NCBI GenBank assembly: GCA_007376295.1
Contig: VMGB01000003.1
Location: forward strand, 71,106 to 135,105
Source: Parcubacteria group bacterium Gr01-1014_13
GTDB lineage: Bacteria > Patescibacteriota > Patescibacteriia > Magasanikbacterales > GWA2-37-8
DNA length: 64,000 bases
Reading direction: 5' to 3'
Made by a program: the position numbers and the translations under genes. Below the pieces are notes generated by a model. That model was given only the letters and a program-made list of their open reading frames with translations. It was not told the origin of the DNA and did no database searches. Positions within the stretch are counted from its first letter, which is position 1; each line of letters starts with the position of its first letter. This document shows, piece by piece, positions 19,940 through 28,923 of the stretch.

Positions 19940-21343
19940 CTATTGAGCAGATTGCTCGCCTGCAGTCTCGACCTGTTCGGTCTGCTGCTTCTTGGCTTGC
20001 CGCTTCTGTTTGGCCGCAAAATGCTTGTCTCGTTCCCTTTCCAACTTGACCTGTTTGAGCTGTTGGGCATACTCGGGATTAGACTCGAGACGTGTCCACT
20101 GCTTCCACAACCACTGGGTGAACTTGGTGGCCGTACGCCACAAAGCCATCTTGTGGATGTGGCCGTCGGTGTAACGCTTCTTGCCCTCCACCTCCACCAC
20201 TTCCGGATGCTTCTCTCGCAACCGAGCCTTGATCTCGCGCAATTTCTTGCCCCAGACCGAATCGGCTCGACGGTTGAACTGGTCCACCAACAGGTACAGA
20301 GCTTGACGCCCATCTTCCTGCCAGTTGGCCACTTCTCCGGCGCGCCGACGAACAAACTGCTTGTTCGTGGGTCGGTCGCCATACTTGCCTCCATTCATCA
20401 CATGCACACCGAGATAAGCTTTGAGCTTGGCATCGGTGGCAAAACGACGAATATCGCCGATGGCCACAATGAGCCGTGCCGCGATAGCTGGGCCAACACC
20501 TTCGATGGGCTCGAACAGCTCTTCGTAGATATTGATCTGACCGAGAATCTTGGCGAGATTTTTGTCTCGCTCTTTTTCTTCGGCCACATAACCGGCGAGG
20601 ATCTTGTCGTTGGACTTGGCCTGCTCGTAGAGGACCTCGATTGTACCTTGGGGGTACTGACCCTCTTCGGAGCAAAAGACAAGCCCCACCAGATTCTGGC
20701 GAATCCTCTGCTCGCAACCCATACGAGCCTTCATGGCGTCCATGCGATCACGGTACGCCTGACCCAGCTGGATGAGAGAGCGCTCGCGACGATTCACGAG
20801 ATAGAAATCGCTCTGCGAGTCACACACGAGTTGGGCCAACAGATCGGCATCGTCTTCCTTCTCCTTATCCAGAGTCTCTCGCCATTCCTTCAAGGCGAAA
20901 GACGGCAAACGATACACCGAAGCGCCGACTTTTTCGCCACGCTTTGAAAGCGCAAAGGCGAATCGGTCGCCGGATCCGCCGAGCACCATGCCCACCACGT
21001 CGCCGGACTGTAGTCCGTCGTACGCAGCTGGCACTTTGTCGAGCACCATGCAGATCTTGCCGTCCATACGGCGCCGGTTCTCGGGAATCTCTTCGACGCG
21101 CTCGTCCTTCTTGGCCTTGCGCCACTTGATGTGGTTGGGCTTGAAGGTGGCGATATCGTCGCTATCTTCCACCGCGCGGAATTGCGTGGGGAAAATACCA
21201 TGCACGAAGTCCAATTCGGACATTTCGTCCTCGAGTTCATACTCGGTGACGTTTTTGTCTTCACCGATGATACACACCCGCGTTGGACGCGCTTCACCTG
21301 CTGCGGTCTTCTTCCTGCGATGCTGAATTCCGATATGACGCAT
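19940..21343 (-). CDS. IS110/Nop-domain RNA-guided protein (Tas-like), RuvC-like active site degenerate
   Basis: HIGIQ (cf. GID), KEDDADLLA, coiled coil, IEGVGPAIAARLIVAIGDIRRFATDAKLKAYLG (Transposase_20/Nop-like), GHIHKMALWRTATKFTQWLW; SD AAGGAG upstream; visibly GC-richer than neighbours. Confidence 0.85.
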   Translation of the reverse strand: MRHIGIQHRRKKTAAGEARPTRVCIIGEDKNVTEYELEDEMSELDFVHGIFPTQFRAVEDSDDIATFKPNHIKWRKAKKDERVEEIPENRRRMDGKICMVLDKVPAAYDGLQSGDVVGMVLGGSGDRFAFALSKRGEKVGASVYRLPSFALKEWRETLDKEKEDDADLLAQLVCDSQSDFYLVNRRERSLIQLGQAYRDRMDAMKARMGCEQRIRQNLVGLVFCSEEGQYPQGTIEVLYEQAKSNDKILAGYVAEEKERDKNLAKILGQINIYEELFEPIEGVGPAIAARLIVAIGDIRRFATDAKLKAYLGVHVMNGGKYGDRPTNKQFVRRRAGEVANWQEDGRQALYLLVDQFNRRADSVWGKKLREIKARLREKHPEVVEVEGKKRYTDGHIHKMALWRTATKFTQWLWKQWTRLESNPEYAQQLKQVKLERERDKHFAAKQKRQAKKQQTEQVETAGEQSAQ

Positions 21344-21417
21344 TTTCTGACTCCTTGGCTTTCGCCGTTTGAGTTTCGTCCGTTAGCATTATTGCTAGCA
21401 GACATTGATTGTAAAGT

Positions 21418-22902
21418 AGAAGGTACAATCACGCTCTCGTTCCAATAAAGGAACACAAACTTATTCGCACCCTCTTTGCAAAATACCAAATTTGATAATC
21501 TGCAAAGAGGGAGGGTGCATGCGGACAAACGTTCCAATTAAGGAACACTGCAGACAGCGCACCCTCGAAAAAAGGAGCCGGTGAAAAACATTTCTCCTCT
21601 TCGTTCCGAAGAACAAATCACGAATCGTCTCTCACCGGCAAAAAAGTGTGACTGACAAATCACCAATCGTCTCAAATTAAGAAACACGGTCCGCTTCGTC
21701 AGCCACAAAAAGGGGTAGAGGAATGCAATCCTTTCTTCGTTCCAATAAAGGAACACGGGTCGTTTCGCACCCTCTCTAAAATTTTCGTGGTATAAAAACT
21801 TTAGAGAGGTGGCGATCAAGACATGGCGTTACTCGCTGTTTCCAACATGCAGAGTTTCGTCTTGATCGCCTAAAGAGTGGCCGGTGAGACACGGGCATTA
21901 TCGTTCTGAAAGAACACGAGCAACGGCGTCTCACCGGCTAAAAGGATGTGGCTGACAATTCAAGTATCGTCTCAATTAAGAAACACTTCTTCGATCGTCA
22001 GCCACAAAAAGGATAAAGGGTACAATGTGCTGATCGTTCCAATTAAGGAACACCCGATGTGTCGCACCCTCTCTAAAATTTTCATGGGTTATAAAAACTT
22101 TAAAGAGGTGGCGATCAAGACATGGCGTTACTCGCTGTTTCCAACATGCAGAGTTTCGTCTTGATCGCCTAGAAAAGGGCCGGTGAGAGACAACGGTGAA
22201 CTCGTTCCGAAGAACACGTCCCGTTTCGTCTCTCACCGGCTAAAAAGATGTGGCTGACATTCTTTCATTCGTCTCAATCAAGAGACACTCATCGTATCGT
22301 CAGCCACAAAAGGTTGAGGGCACATGAAATTTTCGTTCCACTTAAGGAACAGCTTGCTCAACGCACCCTCTCTAAAATTTTCATGATTAATAAAAACTTT
22401 AGAGAAGTGGCGGGTGGGACATGGAGATACTCGTCTTTTCAGACAGCGCGAAGTTCATCCCATCCGCCGAAAAAGATGTGGCTGACAAAATCCTTCTCGT
22501 CTCAATTAAGAAACACGAACTAGATCGTCAGCCACAAAAGTTTGAGGGCACACACCTATCTCGTTCCAATTAAGAAACACTGGTACTCTCGCACCCTCTT
22601 CAAAATTTCCACATTGTCATCTCGAGCCGTGTCGAGAGATCCCTTTCGTCTGGTGTAAGGGATTCCTCCACTTCGGTCGGAATGACAGTTGGATACTTTG
22701 AAAAGGGGCCGGTGAGAGACACGGTAACTATCGTTCCGAAGAACACTCGCGAAATAGTCTCTCGCCGGCAAAAAAGATGTGGATGACAAAGTCTTTCTCG
22801 TCTCAATAAAGAAACAGTACGTTGGTCGTCAGCCACAAAAAGGTAGAGGGTACAGCAAGGAAATCGTTCCAACTAAGGAACACGGCGCCATTCGCACCCT
22901 CT
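21418..22902 (-). repeat. Dual-spacer stem-loop array (TIGR-like), upstream arm, 19 units
   Basis: Same unit grammar and scaffold families as 18718-19920. Confidence 0.9.
22615..22687. mobile_element. REP/palindromic miniature element inserted in an array separator hairpin
   Basis: TGTCAT...ATGACA terminal inverted repeat with internal hairpins (CTCGAGCCGTGTCGAG; ATCCCTT...AAGGGAT); absent from the homologous separators. Confidence 0.6.
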
Positions 22903-22948
22903 TTACAAGCCTTCAAAAGGCCTCTAAACAAAGCACGAATAACGCCCA

Positions 22949-22977
22949 ATTATAGCATAAATTTTAAGTATTGTCAA
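22949..22977 (-). promoter_or_regulatory. Consensus sigma70 promoter driving array-gene-array
   Basis: Minus strand TTGACA-17 nt-TATAAT with TG extended -10, about 46 nt upstream of the first unit. Confidence 0.85.
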
Positions 22978-22996
22978 TGGGTAACCCTAAATAAAA

Positions 22997-23058
22997 AGGC
23001 GATCAAGACATATCTCCACACGTCCTTTCGGACAAGGGGGAATTTCGTCTGATCGCCT
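22997..23058 (-). repeat. Orphan dual-spacer stem-loop unit upstream of the array promoter
   Basis: AGGCGATCAAGACA-TATCTCCAC-ACGTCCTTTCGGACA-AGGGGGAATT-TCGTCTGATCGCCT; same outer stem as the unit at 18718. Confidence 0.8.
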
Positions 23059-23074
23059 AAAATTAAAGATCTGG

Positions 23075-23923
23075 CTAATAGGCCAAAGAACGTTTATCCC
23101 AATTGATGAGCGCAGCCACTTCTGAATTCGGACACTTGGGCTTTGTGTTATAATCGTAAAAACCAAGCTTGCTCTTCCTGCCCAACATCTGACTTTCAAC
23201 CAAACGCTGAAGTAGTGCTGGCGGCCTGAAACGTTCATCCCGCAAATTTTTGTGCAGAATTCTTGCCATGGACAAGATTGTATCGAGCCCCACATGATCA
23301 CAGAGCTCGAACGGACCCATGGGGTGGACAAGACCGAGCTTGATCGCCTGATCCATATCCTCCATCTTGGCAAGTCCATCTTCCAAACAAAGAATCGCGT
23401 AAACCAGAGAATTCATCATAAAGCGATTGACGATAAATCCGGGTGTGTTGGAGACCACTAGCGGCGTCAGGCCTAACTTGTTGCGCACAAACGTCTGCAC
23501 TTCTTCCACCACGCCCGTATCAACTTTTGGCGTCTGCACTACCTCAACCAGTTTCGCCACTGATGGCGGATTGAAAAAGTGAGTACCAAGAAAACGGTTG
23601 GCTCTGGTTTGGTTAGCAAGTTCCGCAATCGACAACGTAGACGTGTTCGAGGCGAAAATAGTTTTAGATTTTGCCAACGGGTCGATCTCCTGAAACAGCT
23701 TTTGCTTTTCAGACAAATCTTCCTTGATCGATTCGATTACCAAATCACAGAGGTCGACATCAGCCAATTTATTTGACAATATCAAATTTGGCATCTCCTT
23801 CTGCTTATGCTCACCAGGCGTTCTCTTGATAAGGATAGTCGGCACACCTGCGCTGGCCGTAGCTTGGGCGATAAATCGCCCCATAAGTCCACTGCCAATA
23901 ACCCCCACCGTTTCGATGCTCAT
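23075..23923 (-). CDS. hbd: 3-hydroxyacyl(butyryl)-CoA dehydrogenase
   Basis: GSGLMG, IESIKEDL, FASNTS, HFFNP, PGFIVNR, PMGPFELCDHVGLD. Confidence 0.9.
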   Translation of the reverse strand: MSIETVGVIGSGLMGRFIAQATASAGVPTILIKRTPGEHKQKEMPNLILSNKLADVDLCDLVIESIKEDLSEKQKLFQEIDPLAKSKTIFASNTSTLSIAELANQTRANRFLGTHFFNPPSVAKLVEVVQTPKVDTGVVEEVQTFVRNKLGLTPLVVSNTPGFIVNRFMMNSLVYAILCLEDGLAKMEDMDQAIKLGLVHPMGPFELCDHVGLDTILSMARILHKNLRDERFRPPALLQRLVESQMLGRKSKLGFYDYNTKPKCPNSEVAALINWDKRSLAY

Positions 23924-24052
23924 TTCGATCTCTCCTTCTGCTGTGTTTGGTTTTACAACTAGGGCAATTTTGCCTCAATTTTACGATTATGTCAAGCCAA
24001 AACCCCGCTTGCCCAAAGAAAAAAAGTGAGGTAAAATATCAATTATCATTAT

Positions 24053-25471
24053 ATGAAAAAATTTGAACTCACTTTTGCCTTTGCTCAACTCCCTTTGGAT
24101 TACACAATGATTGTTTTGGCAGGCATTACTGCTTATGGCCTGCGTTTTACTTCTTTTGCCAAAATTCGCCCAGTTTTGTTTAATTTGCCTTGGGAAAAAT
24201 TTTGGCCGCTACTACTTCTTACCGCTTTAGGCTGGGTAATTATTTTTGCTTTTGCCGGACTTTATAGCACCACTTCAAACCGAAAATTATCCGGAGACAT
24301 GACGCGTGTTATCCTGGCCTGCTCCACTGGCTTTGCCGCTATTACCATTTATGTTTTTTTTACTCTGCAAAAATTTGATTCGAGATTTTTAGTTTTGGCT
24401 GGCTGGATTTTGGCCATGCTTTACATTTGCATTGGCAGAATTATCATAGCTGGGTTAAAAAAACTTTTGCATGGCATGGGATACGGCTTACGCAAAACAG
24501 TTATTATCGGCAAAGAAACTATTGCCGAACAAATCAAAAATGCGATTGCCATGCGTCCTGCTTTGGGCTACAAACTAGTCACCACTTTTCCTCATTTTAA
24601 TTTGGACACCAGAAAATATTTACTCGCCAATCATCCGGATGAAATAATTTTTACTGATCCCAAAGCTCATGGCGATGAAGCGTTGGAGGCAATTAATTTT
24701 GCTAATGAACATCATATTACTTTTAAATACTCGGCTGACCTTTTCTCTACTTTTTCCACCAACATGGCTGTGAGCACTATTTCCGGCATACCAATTATTG
24801 AATTGCGGCTCACTCGCCTGACCGGTTGGAACAAAATAATCAAAAGGCTGGCAGATATTATTGGCAGTTTATTTTTGATTATTTTATTTTCACCGCTACT
24901 TATTCTGATTTCTATTATTGTCGCTCTAGAAACCGGCTTCCCTGTAATTTACAAAAATGAACGCGTAGGACGGGATGACGAAAAGTTTTTTACCCTTAAA
25001 TTCAGATCAATGTATAAAAAAGATAGTACTGGCGCGCAGTTTGGCAAACAAGGTGAAAAGGCATTACTCAAAGAACAGAAATTAATCGCTAAACAAAGCA
25101 TAAAAGACGGCCCGATTTACAAAATAAAAGACGATCCGCGCGTGACGCCTGTTGGCCGGTTTCTGCGACGCTGGAGCCTGGACGAACTACCGCAATTTTT
25201 TAATGTCTTAAAAGGCGAAATGAGTTTGGTAGGCCCTCGTCCGCACCAACCCCGCGAAGTAGCTGGTTATCAAAATCAGCACAAAATTGTTTTAGCTATC
25301 AAGCCCGGCATCACTGGTCTGTCACAAATTTCCGGACGCAGTAATTTAACTTATGAAGAAGAATTAAATCTCGACACTTTTTATATTGAAAATTGGAGCT
25401 TATACCTCGATTTAATTATTATTTTCAAGACTCCGTTTATTGTCTTAACGAGATATGGATCGGTGGTGTAG
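24053..25471 (+). CDS. Polyprenyl glycosylphosphotransferase (WcaJ/WbaP-type sugar transferase)
   Basis: [39 protein letters not shown]. Confidence 0.93.
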   Translation: MKKFELTFAFAQLPLDYTMIVLAGITAYGLRFTSFAKIRPVLFNLPWEKFWPLLLLTALGWVIIFAFAGLYSTTSNRKLSGDMTRVILACSTGFAAITIYVFFTLQKFDSRFLVLAGWILAMLYICIGRIIIAGLKKLLHGMGYGLRKTVIIGKETIAEQIKNAIAMRPALGYKLVTTFPHFNLDTRKYLLANHPDEIIFTDPKAHGDEALEAINFANEHHITFKYSADLFSTFSTNMAVSTISGIPIIELRLTRLTGWNKIIKRLADIIGSLFLIILFSPLLILISIIVALETGFPVIYKNERVGRDDEKFFTLKFRSMYKKDSTGAQFGKQGEKALLKEQKLIAKQSIKDGPIYKIKDDPRVTPVGRFLRRWSLDELPQFFNVLKGEMSLVGPRPHQPREVAGYQNQHKIVLAIKPGITGLSQISGRSNLTYEEELNLDTFYIENWSLYLDLIIIFKTPFIVLTRYGSVV

Positions 25472-25476
25472 TTATT

Positions 25477-26616
25477 ATGAGAGTTGCTTTAGTACACGAT
25501 TATCTGGCGCAAGACGGCGGAGCCGAAAGAGTTTTGAAGGCCCTGCATGAAATATGGCCCGAAGCGCCTATTTTTGTTTTGTTTCATGACCGGGAGAAAA
25601 TAAATTACATTCCTACAGAAAATATCACTGAGTCATTTTTATCCAAACTACCATTACATAACCAAGCTTATCAATGGTATTTGCCGTGGATGCCGCTGGC
25701 CACTGAAAATCATAATTTAAAAAATTTTGATGTGGTAATTTCTACCGCCAGCATGTTTGCCAAAGGCGTAATCACCGGACCAGACACTCTCCATATCTCT
25801 TATTGCCACACACCACCGCGATTTTTGTGGGCTGACAACTTTGCTTACATTTCAGATTTAAAACAGAACCCGCTAATAAAATTTATTCTTCCCCATTTTA
25901 TTCACCGCTTACGCATGTGGGACAAAATGAGTGTGGACCGGGTAGATAATTTTATAGCCAACTCACGCACGGTACAACAAAGAATAAATAAATATTACCG
26001 CCGAGAAAGTGAAGTAATTTACCCACCAGTAGAACTTGGATCGTGTTCTCTGCAAAAAACGAGCGATTACTACGCGGCTGGAGGCAGGTTAGTTGGTTAC
26101 AAAAGATTTGATTTGATTGTCCAAGCTTTCAACAGGCTAAAATGGCCGCTAAAAATATTTGGCACTGGACCAGAATTTGGCGTGCTTCGAAAAATGGCCA
26201 AAAACAACATAGAATTTTTGGGGCAAATTTCCGATGAAACCAAAGGCCAAGTATTATCTGGCGCGCGCGCTTTCATTCATCCCCAACTAGAGGATTTTGG
26301 CATCACGGCTGTGGAAGCCATGGCCTGCGGACGGCCTGTAATCGCCTTTGCTGGCGGGGGGGCCACTGAAACTGTATTGCCAAACGAAACTGGGGTATTT
26401 TTTACCAAACAAACCTGGGAATCCTTGCTTGATAAACTATTGCACTTTAATTACGAAAATTGGGATAGCGGCCATATCCGCAACCATGCCAACAAATTTG
26501 GCTCGGCTATATTTAAAAATAATATAAAAAAACATATTGAAGACAGATACGAGGAATTTAAATCAGGCTTTAACCAACAGGCTTTGATTAGCTTCTATGC
26601 TAAAGATCGGTGTTGA
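25477..26616 (+). CDS. Glycosyltransferase family 4
   Basis: HDYLAQDGGAERV, YCHTPPR, EDFGITAVEAMACG; start moved to ATG 25477. Confidence 0.92.
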   Translation: MRVALVHDYLAQDGGAERVLKALHEIWPEAPIFVLFHDREKINYIPTENITESFLSKLPLHNQAYQWYLPWMPLATENHNLKNFDVVISTASMFAKGVITGPDTLHISYCHTPPRFLWADNFAYISDLKQNPLIKFILPHFIHRLRMWDKMSVDRVDNFIANSRTVQQRINKYYRRESEVIYPPVELGSCSLQKTSDYYAAGGRLVGYKRFDLIVQAFNRLKWPLKIFGTGPEFGVLRKMAKNNIEFLGQISDETKGQVLSGARAFIHPQLEDFGITAVEAMACGRPVIAFAGGGATETVLPNETGVFFTKQTWESLLDKLLHFNYENWDSGHIRNHANKFGSAIFKNNIKKHIEDRYEEFKSGFNQQALISFYAKDRC

Positions 26617-27742
26617 TATTCGAAATTTAATGTCCCCTACTCGTACCGGTGTTGGCGAGTATACTTACGAACTTTTAAATTCGGTTTTTAAAATAGATAA
26701 AGAAAATCAATATTATCTTTTCTATAATTCCCATACCGATGTCACCCAACACACACCTCTTTGGCCGCAAGGCAACATTCATTATATCGCCACCAGATGG
26801 CCAAATAAATTATTTAATACTTCCATAAAAATTTTGGACTGGCCAAAATTAGATAAATTAATTTCTCGTAATTACAAACTGGATTATTTTTTCTCGCCAA
26901 ATTTAAATTTTACGGCGCTTTCAAAAAATATTAAAAAAATTTTAACAATCCACGATTTGTCATTTAAATTCTTTCCGCAATTTTTTTCTGCCAAACAAAG
27001 ATTGTGGCATTGGGCCATTAATCCAAAAAAACAATGTGGACGCGCCAATAATATTTTGGCACTTTCGGAAAATACCAAACGAGATCTGGTTAATTATTAC
27101 AAAATTCCAGCGGAAAAAATAAAAGTTAGCCCGGGAGGAATATCCGCAATTTTTAATAATCCTGTATTTGATAAAGAGAAAATAAAACAAAAATATAATT
27201 TGCCAAATAGATTTATACTCTGCTTGGGCGCAGTAGAGCCGCGCAAAAATATTATCGGCCTGATTGAAGCGTTTGAAAAAACTTACTCCCTACTCCCCAA
27301 TTCTTACTCTCTGGTAATCGCCGGTAGCGGCCGTGGTTGGAAAAACAAAGCTATCTATGCCAGAGCTTTGGCTTCACCGCTACGAGACAAAATAGAATTT
27401 ATTGGCTATGTAGACGCCGAAGATAAACCTGGGTTATACTCTCTAGCAGAGCTGTTTGTTTACCCAAGCTTCTATGAAGGCTTTGGATTTCCTGTTCTAG
27501 AGGCCATGGCTATGGGAGTGCCGGTAATTACCTCTAATTGCTCTTCTCTGCCAGAAATCACCGGCCAGGCCGCTTATCTGGTCAATCCTAACCGTCCAGC
27601 CGAGATTGCCGAGGGGATAATAAAAATGCTGACAGATGAAAAATTACGGGAGCATTTTAAAAAAGCGGGACTGGAACAGGTAAAAAAATTTAGTTGGGAC
27701 ATAACAGCCAAACAATGGCTAGAATTAATATCTACTCCATGA
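26597..27742 (+). CDS. Glycosyltransferase family 4
   Basis: EPRKN, PSFYEGFGFPVLEAMA. Confidence 0.92.
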   Translation: MLKIGVDIRNLMSPTRTGVGEYTYELLNSVFKIDKENQYYLFYNSHTDVTQHTPLWPQGNIHYIATRWPNKLFNTSIKILDWPKLDKLISRNYKLDYFFSPNLNFTALSKNIKKILTIHDLSFKFFPQFFSAKQRLWHWAINPKKQCGRANNILALSENTKRDLVNYYKIPAEKIKVSPGGISAIFNNPVFDKEKIKQKYNLPNRFILCLGAVEPRKNIIGLIEAFEKTYSLLPNSYSLVIAGSGRGWKNKAIYARALASPLRDKIEFIGYVDAEDKPGLYSLAELFVYPSFYEGFGFPVLEAMAMGVPVITSNCSSLPEITGQAAYLVNPNRPAEIAEGIIKMLTDEKLREHFKKAGLEQVKKFSWDITAKQWLELISTP

Positions 27743-28824
27743 AAATCCTCATTCTCCACGATTACTTTATCTACAAAGGCGGCGGCGAACGCTTGGTAAT
27801 AAGTCTGGCCAAAAATCTTGGCGCTGATATTGCCGCAGCTTTTATTTCCAAAGACGCCTTTGATCCGAGAGAAAGTGGAATAAACACAATTGAACTCTAC
27901 AAAGAAAAAGCTTGGTCACGCCTGCCCGGCTTTCGTTATCTGCAAGTACAATTTTCTTTTTTGTTTAAAACAGGTTTTGCTAAAAAATATGATGTTATAA
28001 TTTATAGCGGCGACTGCTTGATTGCGCTTACCAGATTACGAAATAAAAAAAATATCGCCTACATGCACACGCCACCCCGACATTTATACGACAATTACGG
28101 TGAACGATTAAAATCTTACCCGCTTTGGAAAAAAATAGTTTTTGTACCGTTTGTCTGGCTCAACCGCTGGCGTTTTTCATATCTAGCCAAACGACTAAAT
28201 GTTATTGTCACCAACTCTAAAAATACCCAAACGCGAATAAAGGAATACCTGGGCTTGGATTCCACTGTTGTTTATCCGCCTTGCAATACTTTGCCTTTCA
28301 AAAATCTTGGTTACGGCAACTATTTCTTCTCTTGGGCTCGACTCTATTCCATAAAACGAGTAGACAAAATCGTGGAAGCCTTTATCGGCATGCCAGATAA
28401 GAAATTAATTGTAGCTTCAGCTGGCCCAGAGCTGGAAAAAATCAAAAAAATGGCTATCGGACATGAAAATATTACTATTTTAGGCTGGATAAATGATAGC
28501 CAGCTGCTTGATTACCTAGGAAGATGCCTAGCCACAATTTATATCCCTGTTCGCGAAGATTTTGGCATGAGTGCCGTCGAATCTATGCAGGCTGGCAAGC
28601 CAGTAATTGGCGTGGCTGAAGGCGGATTGCTTGAAATTATTACTGACAACAAAAACGGCCTGCTCCTGAAGCCGGAATTTACCGTAGACGACTTGCGCGC
28701 GGCTGTACAGCAGCTGACACCAGCCCAGGCCCAGACTATGGAAAATGTTTGCTATCAAACAGCTCAAAAATTCAGCGAACAATCGTTTATAGAGGGGATG
28801 AAAAAGGTAATAAACGGTTCTTAA
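27739..28824 (+). CDS. Glycosyltransferase family 4
   Basis: HDYFIYKGGGER, HTPPR, EDFGMSAVESMQAG; ATGA overlap with the previous gene. Confidence 0.9.
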   Translation: MKILILHDYFIYKGGGERLVISLAKNLGADIAAAFISKDAFDPRESGINTIELYKEKAWSRLPGFRYLQVQFSFLFKTGFAKKYDVIIYSGDCLIALTRLRNKKNIAYMHTPPRHLYDNYGERLKSYPLWKKIVFVPFVWLNRWRFSYLAKRLNVIVTNSKNTQTRIKEYLGLDSTVVYPPCNTLPFKNLGYGNYFFSWARLYSIKRVDKIVEAFIGMPDKKLIVASAGPELEKIKKMAIGHENITILGWINDSQLLDYLGRCLATIYIPVREDFGMSAVESMQAGKPVIGVAEGGLLEIITDNKNGLLLKPEFTVDDLRAAVQQLTPAQAQTMENVCYQTAQKFSEQSFIEGMKKVINGS

Positions 28825-28923
28825 GTTAGCAAAATCTTCAGTTAAAAACTCTTCGAATCTATACACAGGCCTTCGCATCAAAAAAGTGGTATAATATACC
28901 TGTATTTTTGAGCGCAAACTCCA

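Noticed and set aside
19943-20947. 334-aa + strand ORF and other overlapping ORFs
   Set aside because: Antisense and alternative-frame shadows of the GC-rich Tas-like gene; no motifs
19940-21343. Ordinary active IS110 transposase
   Set aside because: The DEDD residues and catalytic serine appear missing, and the gene is flanked by dozens of single-loop units rather than one bridge-RNA end
18718-22902. CRISPR array
   Set aside because: No single direct repeat with 25-45-nt spacers; the variable parts are paired ~9-mers inside stem-loops; no cas genes
23921-23937. Self-targeting of gene starts in the window: hbd AAGGAGAGATCGAAATG; also 38717 AGTAGGTGTGTAATG and 59733 TACAGCTAAAAATCATAC
   Set aside because: Only 8-10 contiguous nt match one spacer and the second spacer does not match; compatible with chance
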